A DNA stretch of 64,000 nt from contig NC_135763.1 of the NCBI RefSeq assembly GCF_052425735.1, positions 1,116,001-1,180,000 on the forward strand, in the 5' to 3' direction. The notes beneath the pieces were generated by a model that was given only the letters and a program-made list of their open reading frames with translations, did no database searches and had not been told where the DNA came from. This document shows, one piece after another, positions 12,286-23,400 of this stretch. How positions within the stretch are numbered: the stretch's first letter is position 1; each line of letters opens with the position of its first letter. Both the position numbers and the translations under genes were made by a program. Source of the DNA: Oculina patagonica (taxonomy: Eukaryota).

Positions 12286-14573
12286 TTAGTAACTTGTAGT
12301 TTGATAATTTGCCTTGAAGTCAGATGTGCGAAATAAGGAAGACGTTTCATTCATTTCTGAACACTCTCCACTGACAGTACTGTCCCCTGAGGAGGAATGA
12401 TATGAGCGCTCGCCAGGAATGTTGGTCCGGCTGTCAACACATGGAAAGTGACGATGTATAACTCTCCGTAGGTTCTCTTGAAATTTCTCCGTAAACAAGC
12501 AAAACAAAAGGAAATTGGCAAACCCTTGTGCACTTTCGAATACTCCCTGCAAAAAAAGAGAGGCAAATTACTTGCAATTAAGCTTGAGAAGTGACAAACC
12601 AGATGTAAACTGTAGAAAAGGTTTTATTACTGGCTCCTGGCTCCTCTAGCCCCTGCGCATATAAACTGCGACCAGGCGCTCTTTTCTTCTCCCTTCTCCG
12701 CCCATCTGGAAAAAAGTGGCGCAGGATCATAGGTCACCCTTATATACTTATTCCGGGGTAGCTAGTACTCTATTTAATTTTTATTTCTTTTTTTCTTGCA
12801 AATGTAAACTGTGACTTATTTTACTTGAGTACAAATAAAGATTTGTGCGTTAACGGCGAAAAACTACTTTTGGGATTTCGATATCTAACTGACGAAGAAA
12901 CAGCAGTTGCGACTGGATACGAGCATCAAGACCTAACATGCCCTGTTCCATACCACGCGATGTACAAGTAAATAAAAATGAAACGTACCTGAAAATAAAG
13001 CAAAATGTGTTGAGCCTTTCTTGTGGACTCTGATTCATCCATCGATGAGGTCAGATAAATACAAAAACGAAGCATTCCCCAGAATCGAAGAAAGAGTAAA
13101 ACGAGAGGAACAAATGTTAGCTTTTTGTCGGCTTTCTTTGCTGCCTCTAGGGACGGACTCGTTATCTTCTGTCTTTCGTTGCGATATACCTAAAAAATAA
13201 ATAAACTCAGGATAAAAAAAAATTCTATGAATAAATCAAGTGAATCTGGACTCCGACATGCTGACCATACCCTGCCATACCTTATAGTTTATTGAAGTTA
13301 ATTGAGGGAAGTTAACCGCCTAGCGAAGTGACTTCACCGGTCTCACCGGGTTATACGGTGTTATGGGGTGTTATAATCCCCGACCCTCCGATCCTAGAGC
13401 AGCCGCCGGATTTGTTTCACCCATTAGCATTGCTTCACACCCTGAAGCAACGGATAAAATCTGGCTGCCAGCCAAGGCTACCCAGCTGGAGAAGAGGGAG
13501 GGGAGGTATTTCTCGAAGTTTTGGCGCAGTCTACACCTTGATGCATGAGATCAAACAAAATTATTGCGTTTTTATCATAATTATGGCCAGCTTCGTATTC
13601 GTGAGCAGGCAAGGTACGCTGTTATTGGCTGCCTGAGCGTCGCTTAGGATTGGTCCCTGTGTCCAGCAAGAAAAATGATGCTCTTTTGGGACGGACCATT
13701 AGAAATAACCAGAGGGGGGGGGGGGGGGGGGGAGGGAATTCCCGTGCATGATTTTTTTAAGACCTACTTGTCTGCAGGATTTTTTTCTTCTGTTGCGTGA
13801 ATGTTTAAGTTTAGGCATAACCGCTCGCAGTAATTTTTTTAGACAAGTTTCCCTTGCAGGAGTTTTGTTTTGGGAAAAGTCACCCCCTCCGATAATTTCT
13901 CAACGGCACTGCTAACAAAGCCATTGTTTACCTCTTGACGGATGTGAAGCTTGAGCAGCCCGTAGAATATTAAAACAAGTACAAAAACCACTACTTCCCA
14001 AGCTTTTCCTGTAATCAGCATCCACATAATGTTTTTCTGAACGTTTTTGCCGCGATCCTGCACCTTTATCCAACACCAGCCTGAGCTATAAATATTCCGG
14101 TCATTCCCAAGAACATCTTCTTTCAGTGCCATTCCAACGATTACGACAGGAACTCCCCACCCGATGACATGAAAAGCCCAGAACATTTTCTCTGCTGTGC
14201 GAGGTTTTTGCCTCGCCACCGTCGTGTACAAGAAAATAGCCATGAATGTCGTCCAGAAAAAAGACCAAAGGTTAGCGGTAGTTGAAAGAAAACTCTGAGC
14301 GATGCACGCGGCAGAATCTGTGTTCGGTGGCAGAAACGTGCCAAACAGATAACTCCCGACTACGACGCAGTCAGCAATTGAGATATAGACCAGGATTTTT
14401 CTCGAGGTCGTTCTAATGTCCTTCCAAGTGATGTACGTAACAACGATCACCAACGCTCCGAAAAGGGAAAAAGCGGAGGTGATAGTCATCAGAGTGCGAT
14501 TCAAAGTTGTATTTCCAACGGGACCAAAACCCAATGTGGTTGGTGTTTGCGTCGGTGTTGAGGTGATCGCCAT
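12286..14573 (-). CDS. GPR157: GPR157-like GPCR, paralog B (~367 aa, 3 exons)
   Basis: Exons 14573-13932, 13189-12989, 12546-12286, GT-AG phase 0, at the same protein positions as paralog A. Motifs 'SRKILVYISIAD', 'SGWCW', 'ADKKLTFVPL', 'AQGFANFLLFCLFTEK'. Confidence 0.85.
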
Positions 14574-14687
14574 GTTCGAAGGTGTTTGTTGTCTGCAGCT
14601 ACAAGTATCAGACTGTCTAGGTGCACGACAGTTCCAGAATTTATTGATCTTTGACACGAAGTTTAAAATCTGTTAATATGTGATTTT

Positions 14688-15173
14688 CAGGGGCGTAGCT
14701 AGCCTATATAGCGGCTATAGATCGCTATAGGGCCGGGCGAAGAAATTTTTCTGCGTACTCGTATTTCTAAAGTGTTCAATGCACTTTCAAGATGAATAGA
14801 AAGCAGGTTTTAGCATCTTTTAGCATTATATTTTTCGCAACTCCCCATTCCTGATGAGATCATGATCTATCAAGTACAGTCTGTGAAGCCTTCTGGGCTA
14901 GCCAGGTGATGGGCAACCACATAACGACATGTGCTAAAACTGGCGTAGTTCCTTGTTCATCCTTGTTATGAAATGTTAGAATTTAGGAGCTATGAGTATC
15001 GAAATACACACAGAATCACCAAAAAGTCGGAAAGAAAAAGTATTTCCTAGGGTCTTGATCTTAAAACCTTCCCCGGTAGACCTCCTCCTCCAGTCCTCCA
15101 TCTCCCCCGCTACCACCCCTCAAAAAGCGGCTGGCCGGGTCTACCACTCTTCGTTAAGCTGGCTACGCCCCTG
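14688..15173. mobile_element. MITE immediately upstream of GPCR paralog B
   Basis: Inverted ends CAGGGGCGTAGCTAGC / GCTGGCTACGCCCCTG; no clean TSD. Confidence 0.55.
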
Positions 15174-15225
15174 ATATCCACCATACGCTACTGGCATAAC
15201 ACGAGAGGAATATGTCATCTGTTAA

Positions 15226-15226
15226 C

Positions 15227-15258
<32 letters not shown>
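15226..15258 (+). repeat. (AAT)n microsatellite followed by a garbled A/T tract to ~15480
   Basis: Direct reading. Confidence 0.8.
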
Positions 15259-15259
<1 letters not shown>

Positions 15260-17049
15260 GATATTTTAGAGGGGGGAAAAAAGGTGTTTGGGGGGGCGGA
15301 AAAAAAAAAAAAAAAAATATGATAAAAATGGTTAAAAAGAAAATAAAAAAAAAAAAAGAAAAAAAAAAAAAATTTTAAAAAAAAAATATAAAAAATAAAA
15401 AATTTTTTTTTTTTTTCCGGTTTTAAAAAAAAGTTTAACTCTATTATTAATAAAAAAAAAAAAATATATTTCTTTTTCCTAATAACTCAGTTTTAACCCA
15501 CTCGGCTCCTGTACGGTCCAAGTGATTTGAAAAAAAAACGAGAACTTATTATCTTCAAACGATCGAAAAAAGTTAGTTTTACATTTTCCCTAAAAGCAGA
15601 ACTGACAGAACATGTTCTGTTCAATGCTCTTCAGCCAGTTTTCGGTTTTCCATTGTTTTCGCTCGCTCGCTTTCTTCACAAATATGAGAGGTTGAAATAG
15701 GCTAAGAACATCGAGTTTAACAAGATTGCTGCAAACCACAGCATAAACTGCACATAGAAAAACTGAAAGCAACACAATAGTGAACAATGCACACGCCCAC
15801 TCACGGAAGTCCCCAGCACCGTTGCGTTAGCGCCTACCCTGGCAACCAGGATATCGTTCAGTGGAAAGAAATCAAGTAACTCTCTCCTATGCAAAGGCCG
15901 GGGATTCGGAAAGGCGAAAAAACACGAAAATGAAAAATAAGGAAGCGGAGTGGATGACCCCAAGCGCTTTCGTTGCTATTCTCTCCAGGCTCCGCACGCT
16001 TACTTTTCACCTCTCCCAGGGGTATCAAATAGTCTTTGCGAGCATGCGAGCACAGCGTTTTTCGTTGCAAGCACGAGCATTGACAAAAGTTAGTCTTGCA
16101 AGCAACAAGCACTTTTCAAAAAGCTACCTCCACTAAAAACCGAGCATGCGAGCTCTTGTAAAAACATGCGAGCACGAGCAAACGAGCACCCACTAAACTT
16201 TTGCGAGCATTCCGAGCAAAAGCGTTATTTTGCAAGCACTGCAAAATTTTGATGGACCATTCATGATGACCCCTTCTCCCCCCAGCTCGTACGAAAAAAA
16301 AAAAAGGTTGCGGAGGATAGAGTTCAAGAACAATAAGTTTTTTTTTTTATTTCGAACGTAAGTTTAATTGTTGATTGCCAGTAAAAAATATAAGCTTACT
16401 AACAATTTAATACAGGTACGTATTGACTTTCTAATGCACTGTAATCCTACTAAAAAGAACAGAAAAACGAATCAAAATTTCGTTTGTTATCTCTGATTAT
16501 ATGTAAAGTAGCTGTTGGCCAAGATTATTGGTATGTAGGATAGTATCCCTACTGGGATGACTGTCTACTGGGATATACAAACCTGTCACGCAGTGGAACT
16601 CAAATATAATGAATGTCTTAACATTGAAGTAATCGGTATAACGAACAAATTAGTAAACAGTCCCCTTAAGAAGAGGCTGGCATATTGGAGGATTCCGGAG
16701 GCTAAAAAAAGATTGTTTGCAAAATAAACAGTGGTCGTGAAGCAAAGCTTCGAGGACAACTGTGAAGTATTTAATTACCCTCTGATTAATTTCTTCAACA
16801 TGCTTTACCAATGGTAAAAAGAAAAAAATTAGCGAGCAGAGTGGGGCGACTGTCTTTTTGCAGGAGATTTTCCTCATGAGACCAACCTTGCAATGGGCTC
16901 AGATTTTGGGAAACCTGCTCACAGGCTATATTATTCAAAACAACAGCAGTAATTGAAGTGTAAAACTTGTAAAATGTAAAAGGCCCATTTACTTTTCCCG
17001 CCCAAGATCTGGGTGGGGGGATGGAGGGAGGGGGTGGTGACAGGATCAT

Positions 17050-17272
17050 GGGTTTTCATTTTAGGGGTGATTGTTTCTGGGCAAATACTAATTAAAAGTT
17101 ACCTCATTTAATGTGCCCCTGAACTATTTTCTGTTTTCTCTAAAAAACTTTTTTCTGCCTTTTTTTCTGGTTTTCATTTTAGGGGTGTTTGTTTCTGGGC
17201 AAATACTAATTTACCTAATTTAATGTGCCCCTGAACCATTTTCTGTTTTCTCTAAAAAACGTTTTTCTGCCT
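17050..17272 (+). repeat. Local tandem duplication (~115 bp x2)
   Basis: GGTTTTCATTTTAGGGGTG...TTTTTCTGCCT occurs at ~17052 and ~17169. Confidence 0.8.
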
Positions 17273-17446
17273 AATTACCATTATATTGGCATGTATTATG
17301 CTGAATTAAATTAAATTCATTTGTTTAGGTATCCTTTATGTTATAGAATAGAAATTCTACAGTCAGCTTTAAGCGACCATTACCCTAATTCAGTGATATC
17401 ATAATTAATGAGAAGCCGGGGTGTGTATCAGACAGTAAGTTTCTGT

Positions 17447-20400
17447 TCACACACTTCCTAGAAGGTTTGTACTTTCATTTGTCAACGTTGGTTGATGACT
17501 TGTTTCATCAGTTTTCTTCCCCCTTGATGGCAGACGGCTTGGTTGTTTCTGGCAGTTCAGAAGGAGTGCATGGGCAGCAATGCGCAGCCGAGTTTGGAAT
17601 TTTTCAGTGAAAACACAAAACAGCAAGAAGTTGAAAAAGCCTTGGCTGCTGTCACCAATTCCCTAGAGAGCAAATACAATAAAAGCTGTCAGACATCACT
17701 GAGCAATTTGTAAGATTAAAAACAGCAGTTGTGGGCAATTACATGCCGTAATTACATCAAACTGCTATGACGACCCTTTACCACTTGGCAATGATATTAC
17801 AGTAGAACCCCTATTAAGCGGCCACACTCGGGGAAATGGCAACTGGCTGCTTAATAGAGGTTGGCCGCTTAATAGGGGTTTGTCAGAAAATATTAGCATA
17901 AGGTCTTTTAAGAAGGTTACATTTTTCCATACAAAATAAGGTGAAACGGAATAACGAAATCACATGAAGACGACAATAAACCTGTGTTTGAATGATTTTA
18001 TCGGCCGTCACGATCTGAGCTTGTTGGAAATTTATTTAGATATCGTATGGAGAAGCCACGAGCCAAGCAGCTCACACTGCCGGAGCTTATCCCGGTTTCC
18101 GTAGCATTAAGCGGCTAGGAATATTTCTACTCCCCCCTGAATGGGATGCTAGTCCATTGCAGGGTTCCCCCCCCAGCATTATGTCGCCGGTACCCATTTA
18201 TACACCTGGGTGGAGAGAGGCACTATGAGAGTAAAGTGTCTTGCCCAAGAACACAACACAAGTGACCCCGGCCAGGGCTCGAACTCGGACCGCTCGATCC
18301 GGAGTCCGGCGCACTAACTATTAGGCCACCGTGCCTCCCATAGATATCGTATATTACATTCTTATTTGCCATTAAATAGAGGTAAAAACGCTCATCGGGA
18401 CGGAAGACAGGTGGCCGTGGCCGCTTAATAGGGGTGGCCGCTAAAAAGGGGTTTTATTTACAGTATTATACTGACAATATTTTCGGGACTTTAGTAACTG
18501 GCCGCTTAATAGGGGGAGGCCACTTAATGGGTGGCCGCATAGGGGTTCGACTGTATGGCAATTCCAAATTAAATAACTTATCTTTTTACTCTTTTTGTCA
18601 TAAATTTCAGAAGTAGTTCACATTAAGGACTCTAGGATCTGCACGATTACAACCAAATTATTCAAAAGCTAGACAATTGTAGAAAAATTTTGACCGACAG
18701 TGTCAAGAATTTCGGTGGCAGGGTGGGTGCCTGGTTGTAGTTACGTACAGTTTGTACCAGCTAGAGAAGCATAGTCAATCACAGATTAAAATGTCTGGCA
18801 TATACACAAGTCTTAGTTTGCCTTATGCATACATGTATATGTTGCAGTTAACTTTTGATCTCAGTTAATTTCTTATTTTAACTATTGTAATTAGTTTTTT
18901 TCTAACTACTTGATTTTTTATACTGGTGGGTAAATAATACCCTAATAATACCCTACCCATACCCTAATCAGGGTTAGGGTATGGGTTGGAGTCATTATTC
19001 TTTTAAAAATAGTGGTTCAGCCAACGTTTCTTACATGCAGGGATGCCACTAAGCATTAAGGGTCGGCTGCCAGCTAATTTGACCGGCTGAAAAAGAACTT
19101 AAATTGGGCTGAAATTTCACATGAATACAAAAACTTGGGTAAACTTTTGGAGGTACCAAAGCCAGAAAAGCCAGCTGGCCTTGCCAATGAGCCAACTTAG
19201 TGTTTCCTTAGCTGACTCTGTACATCACTGTGTACGTGGCAAAGTGGAATAATTTAAAGGGTTATGGACAGCAAATCCAGAAGTTGAGAGTTCAAATCCA
19301 GTGCAAGTTAGGAAAAAGAAAAAAAAAATAGATGATAGTACTCAAGGGAGGGGGATAATAGCAGATAGTAGAGGAGGGTAAGTATGGATGGTGGGAGAGG
19401 GGAGGTTAAGAGATAGCCAGGGAGGGGAGGTGTTAAATTTTCCACTTATTAACCTAGTATAAAAAAATCAACTACTAAGAAAAAAAAAAACTAACTACCG
19501 GTAGTTGAAATAAAAAAATTAACAGAGATCAAAAATTAACTGCAACACACACATATATGTGCAGAAGAAAGAAGTAACTGGATCTCGGGCCAAATCATTA
19601 AAGGGGGTCTGGTTTGAAGATTTTAGAAGTAAACAGTAGCCTAACTATTATAAACTCTGAATACATTGTGAAGAATGTCTTTTTTGAGCACGGTACTTTA
19701 ATTATCAGTTTTTCAATGAAGTCAGATAATACTGCAATTGTCATAGAACTTAACATACGTGAAGGTAAAGAAGGATTTTCTCCCAAACTTTATCTGTACT
19801 TTGGATGTCAGCAGAAATGTAAATGATGAAGCGAAGTGTACCCCATATGCGAACCAGAACAAATATGACTGGAACCAATGTCAGCCTTTTATTTGCTTTT
19901 AGAGCAGATTCCTTTGATTGTGGAGATGGAAACTGCTTTTGGTGACGATAAACCTGAAAAAGAGGGTGAGAGGGGCAGATTGGAGTTTTTAAAATAATAT
20001 AATAGAGGTTTGACTGATAGTTTATGTCTTTTACTGTAGAAAAATCTCTCTCTCTCTAAAAATCTTTCACCCACACTTCTTAAACTCATTAATAATACAA
20101 ATTAAAACAAAGGAAATATGAAGGTTTGGATGCCCGGTAGATCAACTTTTTGTCCGCATTAACATCTGGCTTTTTTCTGTTCCTGTAATTGGTTATTCCA
20201 GAAAAAATCCACACACCCCCGACGGATGGGGTCGTTTTTTAACCCCCCTCTCACCTGGATTTCCTGAAGAACAAGACCCCCCCCTTGTCTGGATTTCCAA
20301 GACCAAAGCCCCCCCCCCATCCCACCTGGATTTCCGGAAAAAATTATTATGCTTAAATCGAATTAAATTTTAATAGAAAATATGCACAATCACATCTAGA

Positions 20401-23400
20401 AGATGTTCTTGTTTAATTTCTAAAGCATCAGCTAATATTAAGCTAAAAATTCTATCGCGTGGAACTAAAAGAAGAAAGGAGCAAAAATACGAAAAAGTGA
20501 ACGAGTGTTTACATTCTTAGCTCATTAAAATCAGTTGCCCTTTATTCTACTCTGCGCTAGATATGGTCCTAAAGTAATACGATTAGTAAAAAATATGATT
20601 AAAAGAGTCAAATAGTCATTCCTCTTCGCCTGCTTTTCGAGACATACTGTAAGGTCAGTCCCGTCCACTGAAGATCGAGAACTTCTAAATCAAAATCTTT
20701 CGAATAACAAAAGTCTAAACTTCTTTATCGCGCTGGCTCTGGGCACTAGTAGAAATGTGTCAGGCGAGTAGAAATGTGTCAGGCGTTTCACGATCTTTGT
20801 TGCAACAACGTTGTGAGATCTTGTAACGGGTTCTCTTTAATTTTGTATCTTGTTTTAATGTTTTCTGTTATAAAAGGACCTGTGAAGGAACTTAGATTAT
20901 CATTTATGTCAGGTGAGAAATATATGAACAAAAACTTTTTCAGGATCCGAGGGCGCTGAAATGTCACCGAACTGAACGTTCGAAGCGCTTGAATTATCGG
21001 TTGAAATGACCCCTGCAGAGGACTTTTTGAAGTTCAACCCCCCCCCCTCCCGCCTGGATTTCCAGAGCCTTTTACCCCCCCTCCCGCGAGAATTTCCAGA
21101 ATCCCATCAGTCGGGGGTGTGTGGATTTTTTCTGGAACAACCCAATGAAGTGTTATATTTCACATTACGTAAATTAACTAGCTGACCAATCAGTGCTTCT
21201 GTTTGGTTTTTGACAGATTTACATCATCATTATGGATTTTCTGGCCGCAAATCGCAGACGTGTCTCTTCGAAGTTTGCACATAGTAGCGGGAGCAGCTGC
21301 TGTTTTCACAGGCTATGTAGTTGTCCAACGTTTCGATGTACATGTGTAACTAACATCATTATCAAGGTAAAATGTTGTATCGTGGTGTGAATATAAATTA
21401 GTTTGTGGAAAATAATAGACATTTGCTGCATGGTTATGTAAATAGTTTCATGCGGATGGAGTCAGTTTGCACGTTTTAAGTCGGCTTTAGGTCTTGAATA
21501 ATTAGCATTTTGTTGATGAGACAATCGAATTTGCTGCGACATTTCTTTAAAACTGAGAAGTTGTTAATTAGCTCCGGTTTTGAGATCCCGTGCACGTTCA
21601 ACATGTGCTTTCCAATTGACGAATTCTGAGAACTGTGTTCGGCAACACGTTAGTGCAGGTGTCGGTTGGTATAACTGACATAGTCCATATCGCATAGCTA
21701 GACCACATTTGAAATAGTACACCATGCATTGTTCGCTCACGATTTTAGGTTTCTCTTCCCTGAGTTTTAGAAGGTCTCCTATTTTCCGGCTTGTAAAAAC
21801 TGGTTGTAGGCCCCTGCCGATTTTGCTGCCCAGTGATTGGAGTTGTTTTCTTGTGTTGTCAGCTGATTTCTGGTCTATGAACGGGATGGGGATCCTGATG
21901 GGTTCTTCTTTTGAGTTTTCATTAGACATGCTGGACCTGTTTCTGATGGTTTGGTCGTCGTAAACTTCTACTGAAGTTTTTCAGTAAACCGTTGATTATG
22001 TACATGTAGTAATGACTTTACTTTATTTACAGAGGGTAGCACTAACATAATGTCAAAGGATAAGCATCCCTGTCCACCGCACCCCTACTTGGAATTCCTG
22101 GAGCCCCCCTTCTTATACACACATAGCCTGTTCCAGGCTCATGGTAGTTGGGGGAAAGCGAAAAATGAGGGTGAGTGAGGAATAAATGAGCGGGATGAAG
22201 GTGAGCAAAGGAAAGAGACTCAGAGCCTGTAAGAATTTCTTTAAGACCCTCTTCCACCCACTTTTCAGATAATGGGGTGCTGAATTAAGTAACAATGACA
22301 TTCTGTCAATAAGCTAGAAACATTCTCCATTTCTTGCACGAGGCCATAGGTCGGCGCCGCATGGTTTCCTGTTTGTAGAGTTTGACACCTCTAACTCAGT
22401 AATGAATTTGCTACTAACATGTTTTTCTGTTTGCTAGTGCGGTTTGTTTTGGCTCATTGCTATTTGCAGGATATGCTTTAAGCTCTCAAAATGTTTGCTT
22501 TAGAAGGACAGGGTCTGAAATTTATCTGTGAAAATGATGACTACTTAGTACATTTAATAATTCTAAAGCCGGGCCTAGCTGTTTAATTAATATTGTTGCA
22601 AGATGCAATGTATCTTATCAAGGATGACAAATTTATTTTTGTCCGGCTTCTCCAGAGACTGTTGTGGCTTTACTTCAAGAAATCTAAAAGTTGGTTTTAG
22701 AGAGACACTCTGTGTTGTAAAGGTTATGCTTCTTGCATGAATTTGATTGAGCGCTTTGTTTCTTGAGATCAATGTGGTTAAGGTTTTACCTCCCATGTTT
22801 GTTGCGTTACATTCTGGCACTACCGCATGATTCAAATGTAGATTTTATATCTCACACGCACAAGCCTGTTGCCTGTTTAATTTACGTGTTGCATTTGCCA
22901 CTATACATGTATGGTTCAGTTCCGCCGAGAAATCCAAGCTGTTTCAGCTGCTCAACTAGGTCCCGCAACTCTAAAACCAAAGGACAAAGTAACACATTTC
23001 CAATTTCACCGCAGTCGTTGTGGAAAGGGCTGAAAGATTGAACTTTTCCCAAATTCAGTTGGCAAAATAGAGACAACGTCTTTTCCACAAGCTTGGTTTA
23101 CAAGGCACATTTCTTCCTCCTTTTCCGCGAAAATCTCAAAGACAACCTTGTAAAATGGAACACAATTTGGCTTCCCCGAAATCATGCACGCAGATCATGC
23201 CCGCTATCCTTCTGACTGACGCTTGTTCTGACGTTGACATTACTTGTCAAAATCAGCCTATAGCTATCAGAGGGTATAACAGCTGCTGCTATACCAGAAG
23301 AAGGTCGTTAAAGAAATTCTTACAGGCTCTCTTTCTTGCGCCTTCTTCCCCTCTAGTTTTGTCTTCAACCCCCTTTAACTACAGAGAGCCTGGAACAGGC

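Noticed and set aside
14574-14657. N-terminal extensions in the ORF track for GPCR B (and for KIF20, 39725-39862)
   Set aside because: They start at non-ATG codons; the first ATGs at 14573 and 39863 are the plausible eukaryotic starts.
14851-14870. CTGATGA hammerhead-like cores here and at 24264
   Set aside because: No downstream GAAA or compatible helices.
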